From Methanocellales archaeon (GTDB lineage Archaea; Halobacteriota; JAWCLZ01), in the NCBI GenBank assembly GCA_038850285.1, contig JAWCMA010000021.1, forward strand, positions 1 to 21,111: a DNA stretch of 21,111 nt. The letters are read 5' to 3'. Position numbers and translations under genes: made by a program. Each line of letters begins with the position of its first letter. The first letter of the stretch is position 1. Below the pieces are notes generated by a model that was not told the DNA's origin, searched no databases, and saw only the letters and a list, made by a program, of their open reading frames with translations. This document shows positions 8,356-17,831 of this stretch, in pieces.

Positions 8356-8421
8356 CGCTCAGATGAGCGCATTTTTGGTTTATACCAGTAGATGAAGTTT
8401 AGATTATTAAAGGCTCTGGTA
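8356..8421 (-). promoter_or_regulatory. Putative radA promoter and palindromic operator candidates
   Basis: TTTAATAA TATA-like box (8404-8411, minus strand), flanked by inverted hexamers TACCAG (8383-8388) and CTGGTA (8416-8421). CGCTCA-GA-TGAGCG palindrome at 8356-8369 in the leader. Confidence 0.4.
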
Positions 8422-8427
8422 AGCGAA

Positions 8428-8545
8428 CTGAAAATAATATAAAAACAAAAACTCAAAGTGACCTCCTCTAGGTGAATCGATAAAACTGATTTGATATAAA
8501 AATCACATCCGAAGAAATAGAAACGAGATTTTAGGCATAGAAGTC
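8428..8545 (+). pseudogene. Possible decayed DUF2283-like gene
   Basis: Ordered fragments across frames: LKII* / QSDLL*VN / TSEEI / NEILGIEV. They echo DUF2283 (KIxYD.EADILYI...SEEI...IVGIEI), with stops at the Tyr positions. Multiple lesions; weak. Confidence 0.25.
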
Positions 8546-8560
8546 TGTTTCGACTTATTT

Positions 8561-8594
8561 TATTCTATTCTACTATTCTAACTATTCTATTCTA
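8561..8594. repeat. Low-complexity TATTC(TA) repeat followed by T-tracts
   Basis: Five overlapping or adjacent copies of TATTCTA (8561, 8566, 8574, 8583, 8588), then T-rich runs to ~8620. Confidence 0.7.
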
Positions 8595-8614
8595 ATTTTT
8601 TTAATTTTTTATTT

Positions 8615-9400
8615 TTATTTAATTTCTCTCCCAATTGGGCATGCATTAATGCATTCGAAGCAGTTGTTGAAGTTACCTATTAACAGATTCTGCCAAAGCT
8701 CCCACAGAGTAGGGCTCGCTATATGTGCTTTTAATTCATCATCCTTCAACCCGATCGCTTTCATTCCAAATCTCACCACTCCCGGCAAGCCATAGAGGAG
8801 CGAGACTCTCATGCACTTGTTAAGGTCTAAAGAACCATCCTCCCCTATTGCTTTACCCGGACATCTTTTAACGCATTCCATGCACTCTGTGCAAACCCTC
8901 TCTTTAAGGGGTTCGTCTGGCTTTAAATCCGCAGTGGTAAGTATACTTCCAATTCTCAAATAGGGACCATACTCGCGAGATAGGAACAATCTATTGATTC
9001 CTATGTTGCCCAATCCCGCGGCAGTGGCCGCGCACTTGTGATTTACTTCTCCAAACATGCCTTTCTTTTCCGGGGTGAAATCAACAGGCATGTTAGGAGG
9101 TATAGACACCGCTTTGTATCCCTTTTCTTTAAGAAACATGGTAACTCTATACATTATGCTATCCAACTCTTGGTAGGCACAGATAGAATCATATTGAGAG
9201 ATTTTAATGTTTCTAGAAGCGATAGCATCGCCATTTAACCTTTTAGCGATTACTACCAGAGATCTGCAGCCGAGGAGTATTGCATCTATGCTGGCTTTAT
9301 TGGCTTTAAGATACTCTGAATCTGATGGAGCTATTCCCACCAGGTCAGCGCCGAGGGATTTTGCAAATTTTTTCGCTTCCTCTTCAAAAGACAATTTCAT
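8615..9400 (-). CDS. Epoxyqueuosine reductase (QueG)/reductive dehalogenase-like 2x[4Fe-4S], probably cobalamin-binding, protein
   Basis: AKSLGADLVGIA start, HKCAATAAGLGNIGINRL...YGPYLRIGSILTTADL, CTECMECVKRCP..AI, DLNKC, CFECINACP. This is the QueG/RdhA cysteine layout. Start ATG 9400 (GTG 9403 or TTG 9406 possible). Confidence 0.85.
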   Translation of the reverse strand: MKLSFEEEAKKFAKSLGADLVGIAPSDSEYLKANKASIDAILLGCRSLVVIAKRLNGDAIASRNIKISQYDSICAYQELDSIMYRVTMFLKEKGYKAVSIPPNMPVDFTPEKKGMFGEVNHKCAATAAGLGNIGINRLFLSREYGPYLRIGSILTTADLKPDEPLKERVCTECMECVKRCPGKAIGEDGSLDLNKCMRVSLLYGLPGVVRFGMKAIGLKDDELKAHIASPTLWELWQNLLIGNFNNCFECINACPIGREIK

Positions 9401-9432
9401 CACCAAGTTTAAAATTAAAAGGAAGGTGAATA

Positions 9433-9457
9433 TTAGCTTTTAGCTTTTAGCTTTTAG
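9433..9457. repeat. Heptamer tandem repeat (TTAGCTT)x3.6 in the promoter region of the QueG-like gene
   Basis: TTAGCTT TTAGCTT TTAGCTT TTAG, 33-57 nt upstream of ATG 9400. Confidence 0.8.
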
Positions 9458-9470
9458 TTTATTTTTAAGA

Positions 9471-9900
9471 GTGCTATCTATCGCAACCAAAAAAAGCCAT
9501 AAACAAGCAAAATGGGGCTTAAAATGAAGCTTTCTAAGAACAAAACCTATCAATTGCCTTCAAAATAAACCGCAAATTAAAATGAAGGCAAATTAATGAT
9601 GCACTCCTCCAAATAATCAATAACAAGCTTAAACATCAAACGAGTACTACAGATGCCGCTTATGACTTCAACAATACAAAAGCACTCATAGAATACTTTA
9701 AAGCAATGCGATAATCGCAATAAACACTAGGAGTTGCAATGGCAAAAACACTGGGGAAAGAAAGAGCATAGAATCAAAAAGATTGAGAGAGTAATAGACC
9801 ATTTACTTTGGCAAGGGACTGGAAGGCAACCATTTGCACTCCTATCACTACTGCAAGGCAAGCAATTGCAGCACCTGAAACATTAAACATCCCCTGTTGA
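9471..9900 (+). mobile_element. Heavily degraded IS4/IS5-superfamily (DDE_Tnp_1-like) transposase remnant
   Basis: Collinear motifs across frameshifts and stops: HKQAKWG (9498-9518; cf. DxDAKWG), LSIAFKI-TAN*NEG (9547-9589; cf. LPxAxxVTPANxxD), DAAYD (9652-9666), IIAINTRS (9711-9734; cf. PIIxxNxR), RKSIESKRLRE (from 9759; cf. RxxIERxFSRLK), GKGLE and RQAIAA. Boundaries are approximate. Confidence 0.65.
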
Positions 9901-9938
9901 GTTCCTTTCGCTAAGGAAATTAAGGATAGAGAGAATCT

Positions 9939-11117
9939 TCATTCAAATCTGAATTTGCTCGCTGCGATTGCTAGGAATATTGCTGCCATTGTAAGAAGCA
10001 CTGCTACCTCAGGCAGAATCTCTGCTAGTCCATAGCCGTGCCAGAGTAAGTCATAGAAGCCATCCATAGCCCAAGCATTTATGGTAGCATGCGCTAGCTG
10101 TTGCATGAACTCTGGCATTATGAATATTGGCCACCAACTACCTCCAATTGCTGACATCGAGAGTACTATAACCGTTGCAATCGATTCCGCTTGCTCTTTG
10201 GTTTGAGCAAAAACCGAGATTAAAATCCCAAGTCCAGCAGCTGAAGCTGTTACTGCCATTATAAGTAGCGCGAAGGCAGGGTAATCTTCGCCGAAGCTTA
10301 AGCCAAACGCAAAATGTCCAAACAGGAGGAGCACAGTCATCTGGATCAATCCCTTGAGGTAGTTGCTCATCAATTTGCCTGCAATTATTGTGGAGCGCTT
10401 AATTGGTGCAGTGAGCAGTCTCCTCAATGTACCTGATTCTCTTTCCCTCAATATAGCCACTGCTCCACTTTGAGCACAGGTAAGCAGGAGGAACATTATT
10501 GAGAATCCAGGCACATTTTGGGTGAAGGGATCGAGGGTTCTGCTTTTAGAGGTTGATTCAACAGCTATGCTAACGGGCATTGGTTCAGCGAATTTATTTG
10601 CAACCGCTACTATTTTATCAATTTGCTTTTCTGAGTAAACTGGAACCCCAAATGCATTCACGGTTTTCACAGCTATCACATTGCTTGAAACGCGATTGGT
10701 GAAGCCTTCAACTATTTTCTCCACCACAGCGCTTGAGCTCTCCTGCGTTGGATCCTCGACTATTATGATTTCAGCATTTATACCTGAGAGCACTTTTTTG
10801 CTAAAATCTGGAGGTATTATTATAAGCTGTCCATATCTCCCACTTTTAACCAGCTCTCTGGCTGTGAATTCATTTGCTTCAACATCGACATTCAATACAC
10901 TTATATCATTCAAGTAGTCCAAGAAGTAATGGGATATTTTAGCATCATCTTGATCCACCACCAGCACTCTAATTTTTATGCCCCCTCCCCATATACCGCT
11001 AAGGGCTAGACCAACTATTGTGATTATTATCATTGGCAGCAGGAACATGAGCACTAATGCTCTTCGATCTTTGGAGAGAATTCGCAAGTCGTTAAGCGCT
11101 ATATCCAGGAATTTCAT
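9939..11117 (-). CDS. ABC-2 type exporter permease (YbhR/NatB-like)
   Basis: 392 aa; N-terminal TM, large extracytoplasmic loop (VVDQD), ERESGTLRRLLTAP motif, five C-terminal TMs with IGGSWWP...MP. Confidence 0.9.
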   Translation of the reverse strand: MKFLDIALNDLRILSKDRRALVLMFLLPMIIITIVGLALSGIWGGGIKIRVLVVDQDDAKISHYFLDYLNDISVLNVDVEANEFTARELVKSGRYGQLIIIPPDFSKKVLSGINAEIIIVEDPTQESSSAVVEKIVEGFTNRVSSNVIAVKTVNAFGVPVYSEKQIDKIVAVANKFAEPMPVSIAVESTSKSRTLDPFTQNVPGFSIMFLLLTCAQSGAVAILRERESGTLRRLLTAPIKRSTIIAGKLMSNYLKGLIQMTVLLLFGHFAFGLSFGEDYPAFALLIMAVTASAAGLGILISVFAQTKEQAESIATVIVLSMSAIGGSWWPIFIMPEFMQQLAHATINAWAMDGFYDLLWHGYGLAEILPEVAVLLTMAAIFLAIAASKFRFE

Positions 11118-12069
11118 ATTCCCTCCCCCTCAGCTTATAGCCGGTTAAATGGAGAAATACCGTTTCAAGGTTGGGTTCAGTTATATGGAGGGATTCAATT
11201 TTACCACCCATTGAGTTTATTTTTTGCACTATTCTCGGCAGCAGTTCTCGATTATGCTTGGCTGTTATGGTTAAGCTATTCTCAATTGCTGAAACTTTTT
11301 TAACTCCCGGTTCGCTGCGGAGTGCCGCGATAATTTCTACATCTATGTTCCGAGCGCTTATCTCTATCACATCCGCCTCCTCCACTAATTGAAGTAATTC
11401 TTCTAAACTGCCAAGTGCAATTAACCTTCCTCTATCCATTATGCCAATTCGATCGCAAAGCCTCTCAGCTTCTTCCATAATATGAGTGGTAAGGAGTAGG
11501 GTGAGGCCTCTAGCGTTAAGCCGCTCTATCATTTCATAGATATCGCTGCGCGACTGTGCATCCACGCCGGCAGTTGGCTCATCCAAGAATAATATTTTTG
11601 GCTCGTGCAATATCGAAGCAGCGATGTTTACCCTGCGCTTCATCCCTCCTGAGAAATGCTCTAGGCGCTCGTGAGCTCGATCCTCAAGCCCTAGGTCTTG
11701 AAGTACTTCCCAGATTCGCATCTCTAGAGATCTGCCGCTTAATCCATATATTGTGCCATAGAATTTGAGGTTTTCATAGGCGCTTAAAGTTGGATATAAA
11801 CTGATTTCCTGCGGCACAACGCCTATGATCTTCTTCACCTCAAGTTCCTCTTTATTTATATCCTTTCCATCTATCAATGCTGTTCCAGAAGTTGGTTTTA
11901 ATAGACAGCAAAGCATGCTTATAGTCGTGGATTTCCCAGCGCCATTTGGACCTAGGAGTCCAAAGATTTCTCCTTTTTTAATGGTGAAGCTAATTTGGTT
12001 TACAGCTATGAAGTCATTGAATTTTTTGGTTAAATTCTTAACTTGAATCAGAATCAGCTCAGCGCTCAT
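11092..12069 (-). CDS. ABC exporter ATP-binding subunit (DrrA/NodI-like, C-terminal DUF4162-like extension)
   Basis: Walker A GPNGAGKST, signature FSGGMKRR, Walker B FLDEPTAGVD, TTH switch, C-terminal EPNLETVFLHLTG. Confidence 0.93.
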   Translation of the reverse strand: MSAELILIQVKNLTKKFNDFIAVNQISFTIKKGEIFGLLGPNGAGKSTTISMLCCLLKPTSGTALIDGKDINKEELEVKKIIGVVPQEISLYPTLSAYENLKFYGTIYGLSGRSLEMRIWEVLQDLGLEDRAHERLEHFSGGMKRRVNIAASILHEPKILFLDEPTAGVDAQSRSDIYEMIERLNARGLTLLLTTHIMEEAERLCDRIGIMDRGRLIALGSLEELLQLVEEADVIEISARNIDVEIIAALRSEPGVKKVSAIENSLTITAKHNRELLPRIVQKINSMGGKIESLHITEPNLETVFLHLTGYKLRGREYEIPGYSA

Positions 12070-13118
12070 CCTTTAACCTCTTTCCTCTTTCTGCCTCTGC
12101 GATAGGCGATGTATATTACTGCAGCTATTAATACTCCAATTGGGAGAATTATGAGAGGTAGATTTCTCTGGATGTAAACTTCTAGTGTTTCTCCCTGGGT
12201 TACATTAACCGGGATCTTTAGGCTATTTGAAGTAATCAGCCTCCCCTTGGAGTTTTCATATTTTATCTCAGCTCTTATATAATAGGTCTTGGGAATCGCT
12301 CCTCTATCTACTTTGACCTTGAAATCCGCATTCTTGGCTTCGCCCGGCTTGAGGTCGCCTAAATATGAAGTGTAATCTGAACTGCTAAAGGGATCCACTA
12401 CTTTAATCTGAGCAATCGCATCCCTCGCGAGTTCTTCACCGGTGTTTTCAAAAATTACTTGAAGAACGCCCTCTTCACCTGCTATTAAATTACCCTTAAC
12501 CTCTTTGACTTTAAAATCCGCTTCTGGCTCTATAGCTATCTCAAGGTAGAGGGTTTGATTTTTCTTTTCATACCAGTAGTTGCAGTTAATTTTATTTTGC
12601 GAAAAATTACCTTCAACTTGAACATCCTTTTGATAGTCATATTCAAGCTTCAGCTTGAGCTTGTAGAAACCTGCCTTTGCATTCTCATTTATCTCTATAT
12701 TAAATTGAATTGGGGCTGAAATCTCTCCACTTCTCAAAGAACCTGCTACTTGAGTACCTGTTTTAATATTAATAGGCACCCCTTCCTCTGCCGAAAGCGT
12801 AGCAAATATTCCTATGGCAGTTGTGGCTTGATTTTCAAGCTCCATTTCTAGCTTTGCTAGTGCTATTTCATTAGCATCGCTGGGCTCCTTCTCGCACTTG
12901 AAGCCCTCTATTTTACCTGTGTTCATTATTTGAATCAAAACCGCGCTTTTATCACCGCGGTAATATTCCCGGCTTTCCATCAAACTAGCGGTTAAATTTG
13001 GCTCCGCATATACAGTGTAAAAATCTTGGCCAAATTTTTCAAGATTTGGGGGAATATAAGCTGAGGAAATTAGAGGAATTGCAAAAGTTATTGCTAGCAA
13101 AGCGAGAGCTATTCTCAA
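12066..13118 (-). CDS. COG1361 S-layer-domain / membrane-anchored exported protein
   Basis: N-terminal signal peptide; two beta-rich repeats (NTG...A...G(S/D)L(R/K)xGE...F.I.I...A.xGxY.L...YE); C-terminal TM plus basic tail. TTG start after a GAGGTG Shine-Dalgarno motif; 4-nt overlap with the ABC ATPase. Confidence 0.8.
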   Translation of the reverse strand: MRIALALLAITFAIPLISSAYIPPNLEKFGQDFYTVYAEPNLTASLMESREYYRGDKSAVLIQIMNTGKIEGFKCEKEPSDANEIALAKLEMELENQATTAIGIFATLSAEEGVPINIKTGTQVAGSLRSGEISAPIQFNIEINENAKAGFYKLKLKLEYDYQKDVQVEGNFSQNKINCNYWYEKKNQTLYLEIAIEPEADFKVKEVKGNLIAGEEGVLQVIFENTGEELARDAIAQIKVVDPFSSSDYTSYLGDLKPGEAKNADFKVKVDRGAIPKTYYIRAEIKYENSKGRLITSNSLKIPVNVTQGETLEVYIQRNLPLIILPIGVLIAAVIYIAYRRGRKRKEVKG

Positions 13119-13127
13119 ACTTGCACC

Positions 13128-15026
13128 TCATTCCCTGAGTACTTCTTCGATCTTTTGCTCAAGCAACTTGCTCACAAGTTTGCCATCAACCTTTCCTCTG
13201 AAGTGCTTCATCGCTAATCCCATAAGTGGATTCAGCGCTCTATTTCCACTTTGCTTGATGAATTCCTTTTTCTCAGCTACAATCTGCTGAATAACCCTTT
13301 CTATCTCTTGCTCCATCACCATACTTAATCCAAGTTCTTCAGCAGCTTCCTCAGCATTTTTCTCTGGATTCAAAGCAAGCAGTTTCAAAACACTGGCTAT
13401 ACCTTCCTTGGCAAGTTTTCGCTTGCTCAATAAATCGAAGAGCTGCAAATAATGCTCCTCACTAAGCCGGCTAACTGGTATTCCCTCTCGCTTGAGTTCC
13501 TGCGGTATCACCTCAAGAGTTCTAACTGCAATGGCCGGCGAGAGCTCTGGGTATTGATCCATCACCTCTTCGAAGAGTTCAAAGTTCATGGAATTAGCTA
13601 TGAGCTCCGCTAGCTCTTTATTCAAACCAAATTGCTGCATATAGCGGTTCTTTTTCCTTTCAAGGATCTCTGGAAGACTGGCTCTTATTTCCTCCAGCAA
13701 ACTCAAATCTATCGCAATTGGAGGCACATCTGTTTCAGGGTACATCCTTGCTGCTCCTGGCAGAGGGCGCATGTATGAAGAGTTTCCATCAGCAAGCACC
13801 CGCCTAGTTTCCTCGGGAATGCCTCTTATGGCTTGTTTTGCCCTTTCAACGGCAGCGAGAATCCCATTTCTAGCTCGATTTTCAATGTCCGCAATCAATA
13901 TTATGCAGTCACTTTCAGCTGCATCAATTCTCTTGCGAAGCACACTTATATCCTCGCTAGTTATACCATAGCTTGGTAATTCATCGGTATGGAATATACC
14001 TCCAACGCCAAAGCGCTTAGCATAATCAGCTAGCTCGCTTCCAAAGCTTCTGCCGGGCTGAATTTCTCTACCAAGTATGGAGCTGAATTTAGGCAGCCTA
14101 GCGGCTAGCACTTTACCTCCAGCTTTAAGCGCTCTAGCAATTACCCCTGACTTTGTATTGATAAATATCTCGGTGACATCGCAGATCTCAGGGGGAAAAT
14201 CAGCTGCTTTCCTATTTCTTAATTCCTCGCGGATCTCAAGTAAATTCAGCTGGCGGAGGACTTCTCTCTCTACAATTACATCTAGGAGATCTAAATCTTG
14301 AACCCCCTTAAGTTCAACTCTCGCGCCACCTTCGATTGAAATATTTACATCTTGGCGAATTGTGCCAATACCTCGCTTTACCTTGCGGGTAGACCTGAGG
14401 AGCATGCCAATGTACCTTGCTACTTCTTTAGCATGCTGAGGAGATTTTATATCTGGAGCTGTGCCTATTTCCACTAGCGGTATTCCAAGGCGATCTAGAG
14501 AATATGTCACCATGTCTCTATCGATCGCTATGATCTGCGCTGCCTCTTCTTCGAGGCAGAGGCTAGTGATCCTAACCCTTCCTTCACTGGTTTCAACATA
14601 GCCATCCATCGCGACAAGGGCAGTCCTCTGAAAGCCAGAGGTATTGGATCCGTCGATTACTATTTTGCGCATGACGTGCACTTGTTCCACTACTTGCATG
14701 TTAAGCAGAAGGGCAATTTCAAGGCAGATTTTAAGAGCCTCTTCATTCATGCAGCTTGGCGGCTCCTCATCGTTTTCCACTAAGCAAGTGGTATCATAAG
14801 TTTTGTAAAGGAATTTCCGCTTGAGCTTGGCCTCGGCTAATGCAGCTTGATCCACTTCCCCCAGTTCGCTCTGCATTGGCTGGAGATAGCGAATGAATTC
14901 CCCGCTGGAATCCTTTATATCCCTAAGCTTCGCGGGACAGTTGCAGAAAAGCTTTGCCCTTGTATCAAGCTGCTGGTGAATTTCGAGACCTGCTTTTAAT
15001 CCAAGTTTTTTAAAATCCAGTTTCAT
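13128..15026 (-). CDS. gatE: Glu-tRNA(Gln) amidotransferase subunit E
   Basis: [72 protein letters not shown]; AspRS-like insertion present; 632 aa. Confidence 0.97.
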   Translation of the reverse strand: MKLDFKKLGLKAGLEIHQQLDTRAKLFCNCPAKLRDIKDSSGEFIRYLQPMQSELGEVDQAALAEAKLKRKFLYKTYDTTCLVENDEEPPSCMNEEALKICLEIALLLNMQVVEQVHVMRKIVIDGSNTSGFQRTALVAMDGYVETSEGRVRITSLCLEEEAAQIIAIDRDMVTYSLDRLGIPLVEIGTAPDIKSPQHAKEVARYIGMLLRSTRKVKRGIGTIRQDVNISIEGGARVELKGVQDLDLLDVIVEREVLRQLNLLEIREELRNRKAADFPPEICDVTEIFINTKSGVIARALKAGGKVLAARLPKFSSILGREIQPGRSFGSELADYAKRFGVGGIFHTDELPSYGITSEDISVLRKRIDAAESDCIILIADIENRARNGILAAVERAKQAIRGIPEETRRVLADGNSSYMRPLPGAARMYPETDVPPIAIDLSLLEEIRASLPEILERKKNRYMQQFGLNKELAELIANSMNFELFEEVMDQYPELSPAIAVRTLEVIPQELKREGIPVSRLSEEHYLQLFDLLSKRKLAKEGIASVLKLLALNPEKNAEEAAEELGLSMVMEQEIERVIQQIVAEKKEFIKQSGNRALNPLMGLAMKHFRGKVDGKLVSKLLEQKIEEVLRE

Positions 15027-16263
15027 GCTTGCTGCTCTCCGTTATCTCCCCAGCGATATTTGTCTGCATGATCCTCTTTATCTCCTCTCTATTTGAGCTC
15101 TGCCCCAATGCCCACATTAGCTTCACAAGGGCTACTTCTGGAAGCATATCCTCGCCCTCAATTATGCCTGCTTTAAGCAGATCTCTACCTGTGTCATAAA
15201 CGCGATCGCATACTCTGCCATGCAAACATTGAGAGGTCATTACAATGGGGATCTCAACTTTTTTCAAATAATCAATCCAACTTGAATTCACGTGCCCCAA
15301 GCCGGTTCCCTCTAAAACTATGCCTTTATATCCACTTTCAACATAATACCGCAGAACGTCAACATTCATTCCAGGGTGGAATTTAATGAGAGCGCATTTT
15401 TGCTCCAGTTTATCCCTTAATACCAATTGCCTCTCGCCGCGCTTCACATATTTTTGTTTCATTATAATTCTGCGAGAGGGATATTCAACGATGCCTAGGG
15501 GTAAGTCATTAATGGACTTAAAAGCATCGCGCCTTGAGGTATGCATTTTCCTCACCTTTGTACCTCGGTGAATGCAGCAGAAATCATCACTTGTAGAACC
15601 ATGCATTACCACAACCACCTCTGCAATGTCACTCGCTGCCACTGCTGCGGCGCAGACTGCATTAATTATATTGTCACTACTAGGCCTATCCGCTGATCTC
15701 TGGGAGCCTGCGAGTACCACCGGCACTGGGGTTTGCACCATAAATGAGAGCGCCGCGGCAGTATAAGCCATTGTATCAGTACCATGTGTAATTAAGATCC
15801 CGCTGGCCCCCTCCTCGATTTTTCTAGCAACTGCTCTAGCAAGATCGATCCAGATAGCCGGCGTCATATTTTCGCTGAAGATGCTGCAAAGCACAGTTGC
15901 ATCGAAGTTTGCAATCTCAGCTAGCTCAGGGATAGCGCTGAGGATATCCTCTGCATCAAATTGAGGAGAAACCGCTCCAGTGCGATAATCCACTCGACTT
16001 GCTATTGTACCCCCTGTGGATATAATTGAAATTCTAGGAAGAGCTGGATTTAGCTCTAGGGGAACTATACCTCTGCCTCCGCGTTGTTCTATTGCTCTAG
16101 GTTTTATTACTTCGATTTTAGTATCGCTATCTAGTTTTATTCCCACGTTGTACCCGCTATCCAGTTTGATAACGATGTAGTCCCCACTTGGGGGCATTAA
16201 AATGCCGCTATATATTCTTCCTTTTTTCTCAATTTTAACGCAATCCCCTGTTCTAGTATTCAT
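15010..16263 (-). CDS. gatD: Glu-tRNA(Gln) amidotransferase subunit D
   Basis: N-terminal barrel ([11 protein letters not shown]), asparaginase motifs [12 protein letters not shown] and [28 protein letters not shown]. Start ATG 16263 after GAGGTG. Confidence 0.97.
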   Translation of the reverse strand: MNTRTGDCVKIEKKGRIYSGILMPPSGDYIVIKLDSGYNVGIKLDSDTKIEVIKPRAIEQRGGRGIVPLELNPALPRISIISTGGTIASRVDYRTGAVSPQFDAEDILSAIPELAEIANFDATVLCSIFSENMTPAIWIDLARAVARKIEEGASGILITHGTDTMAYTAAALSFMVQTPVPVVLAGSQRSADRPSSDNIINAVCAAAVAASDIAEVVVVMHGSTSDDFCCIHRGTKVRKMHTSRRDAFKSINDLPLGIVEYPSRRIIMKQKYVKRGERQLVLRDKLEQKCALIKFHPGMNVDVLRYYVESGYKGIVLEGTGLGHVNSSWIDYLKKVEIPIVMTSQCLHGRVCDRVYDTGRDLLKAGIIEGEDMLPEVALVKLMWALGQSSNREEIKRIMQTNIAGEITESSKHETGF

Positions 16264-16274
16264 CACCTCACCTT

Positions 16275-17756
16275 TCACCTTTCGCAAGTCGCTCGCTCTA
16301 GTTCAAGTTTTGCTCTTTCAATTTTCCTGATTTTATTTCTAGCCAGCTTATTATCATTGTTCAATATCTTTTTCCTTAAAGAAAGCATTCGCATTACTTC
16401 TCTTGGGGAGGGTCCGCCTATGGCTTTTCTAATCTCTACATTCCGCTTGATATCCAAGGCTTTTTTAAGAAGTGCTTCTGTTAATCCAATTTCACTCAGC
16501 TTTCTGCCAATTACTTTAACTGCAGCTTCATCCAGTTTCCCTAGCGTTATTTCACCTCTTTCCCTCGCGACTATACCAATTATTTGATGAGCTGTTCGAA
16601 ATGAGATGTTGCATGCCCGTACAATTGTATCAGCTAGCTCGGTAGCAGTGGTAAAACTCGAAGCCGCCATTTCCCGCATTCTCTCTATATTCACTTGCAT
16701 TGTTTCAATTGCACCCGCGCAAATCCTAGTGGAAGCTCGAGCTATATCCAAGGCAGTTAAGAGCTGAGGGGTTACTTCTTGCAAATCGCGATTGTAACTC
16801 TTGGGCAGTGCCTTGCAAATTGCAACTGCAGCTAGCAAATTGCCAATTGCAGTTCCAGTTTTAGCCCTCATGAGTTCAAGCACATCTGGATTTTTCTTCT
16901 GAGGCATTATTGAACTAGTAGAAGTATATTCCTCGCTTAATTCAATGAAGTTAAATTCAGGCGTGCTCCAGATTATAAGCTCCTCGCAGATGCAGCTCAA
17001 GTTAACCATGAGATTGGCAATTGCAGCGAGCACTTCGATTGCAAAATCCCGCGTTGAAACTGCATCCATGGAGTTCTCAATCAATCCATCAAACCCCAGT
17101 AGCTTAGCTGTTAGTTTGCGATCGATGTCAAACCCAGTGGAAGCAAGAGCAGCGCTGCCTAAGGGATTTAAATTCACCCGCGGGTAAGCTTGAACTATGC
17201 GATCGAAATCCCGCTTAATTGCATCAACGTGGGCTAGAAGGTAATGTGCAAGAGTAGTGGGCTGGGCATGTTGAAGATGGGTAAAGCCAGGCATGAGCGT
17301 GTAAATATGGTGCTCAGCTTTCTTCAGCAGCGTTTTTCTTAAATTCAATAGCTCCAGCATTAATTTAAGCAATTCCCCGCGAAGAGCTATTCTTATGCAG
17401 GCTGCGACTTCATCATTGCGAGAGCGCGCTAGATGCATCTTTCCACCTATTTCTTCTCCAATTTCCTTAATCAAATGCGATTCAATTGCAATATGCACAT
17501 CGTCATATTTCCATAGCTCTAGAGCCTCTACACCTGAGCGCTCAATTTTATTTAATGCTCCCAGAATCTTGACGCATTCCAGCTTGCTTATTATTCCACG
17601 CTCCTTGAGCATTAACACGTGTGCTTTATCCACCATTATATCAGCTTGAAAAATCCATTCATCAGCCTTAATAGAAGCAGTGAATTGCTTAACATCCTCA
17701 GCTGCATCCGCTTTAAATCGCCCCCGGCGCAGTATATTATTATCTTGGCCATTCAA
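16275..17756 (-). CDS. argH: Argininosuccinate lyase
   Basis: [29 protein letters not shown], signature [29 protein letters not shown] start 7 nt after AGGTGA. Confidence 0.97.
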   Translation of the reverse strand: MNGQDNNILRRGRFKADAAEDVKQFTASIKADEWIFQADIMVDKAHVLMLKERGIISKLECVKILGALNKIERSGVEALELWKYDDVHIAIESHLIKEIGEEIGGKMHLARSRNDEVAACIRIALRGELLKLMLELLNLRKTLLKKAEHHIYTLMPGFTHLQHAQPTTLAHYLLAHVDAIKRDFDRIVQAYPRVNLNPLGSAALASTGFDIDRKLTAKLLGFDGLIENSMDAVSTRDFAIEVLAAIANLMVNLSCICEELIIWSTPEFNFIELSEEYTSTSSIMPQKKNPDVLELMRAKTGTAIGNLLAAVAICKALPKSYNRDLQEVTPQLLTALDIARASTRICAGAIETMQVNIERMREMAASSFTTATELADTIVRACNISFRTAHQIIGIVARERGEITLGKLDEAAVKVIGRKLSEIGLTEALLKKALDIKRNVEIRKAIGGPSPREVMRMLSLRKKILNNDNKLARNKIRKIERAKLELERATCER

Positions 17757-17788
17757 TTTTGTTCACCTTGCAAGTTGAAGAAGCGTGC

Positions 17789-17808
17789 TTTATATTTATA
17801 TATTTAAT
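17789..17808 (-). promoter_or_regulatory. Putative TATA-box promoter for the argH-gatDE operon
   Basis: The minus strand reads ATTAAATATATAAATATAAA, 33-52 nt upstream of the argH start. Confidence 0.45.
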
Positions 17809-17831
17809 TTTTCGACGCAAGCTATTCCTCT

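Noticed and set aside
8561-9457. Short repeats (TATTCTA, TTAGCTT) as CRISPR remnants
   Set aside because: The units are 5-7 bp with no spacers, and no cas genes are present.
9474-9933. CTATCTATC / GATAGAGAG as terminal inverted repeats of the DDE relic
   Set aside because: Only an 8/9 match, no target duplication, and the left copy lies within apparent coding remnants.
16264-16282. Triplicated AGGTG Shine-Dalgarno motif between argH and gatD
   Set aside because: A short slippage duplication of the SD; it also explains the spurious TTG extension of gatD. No evidence of special function.
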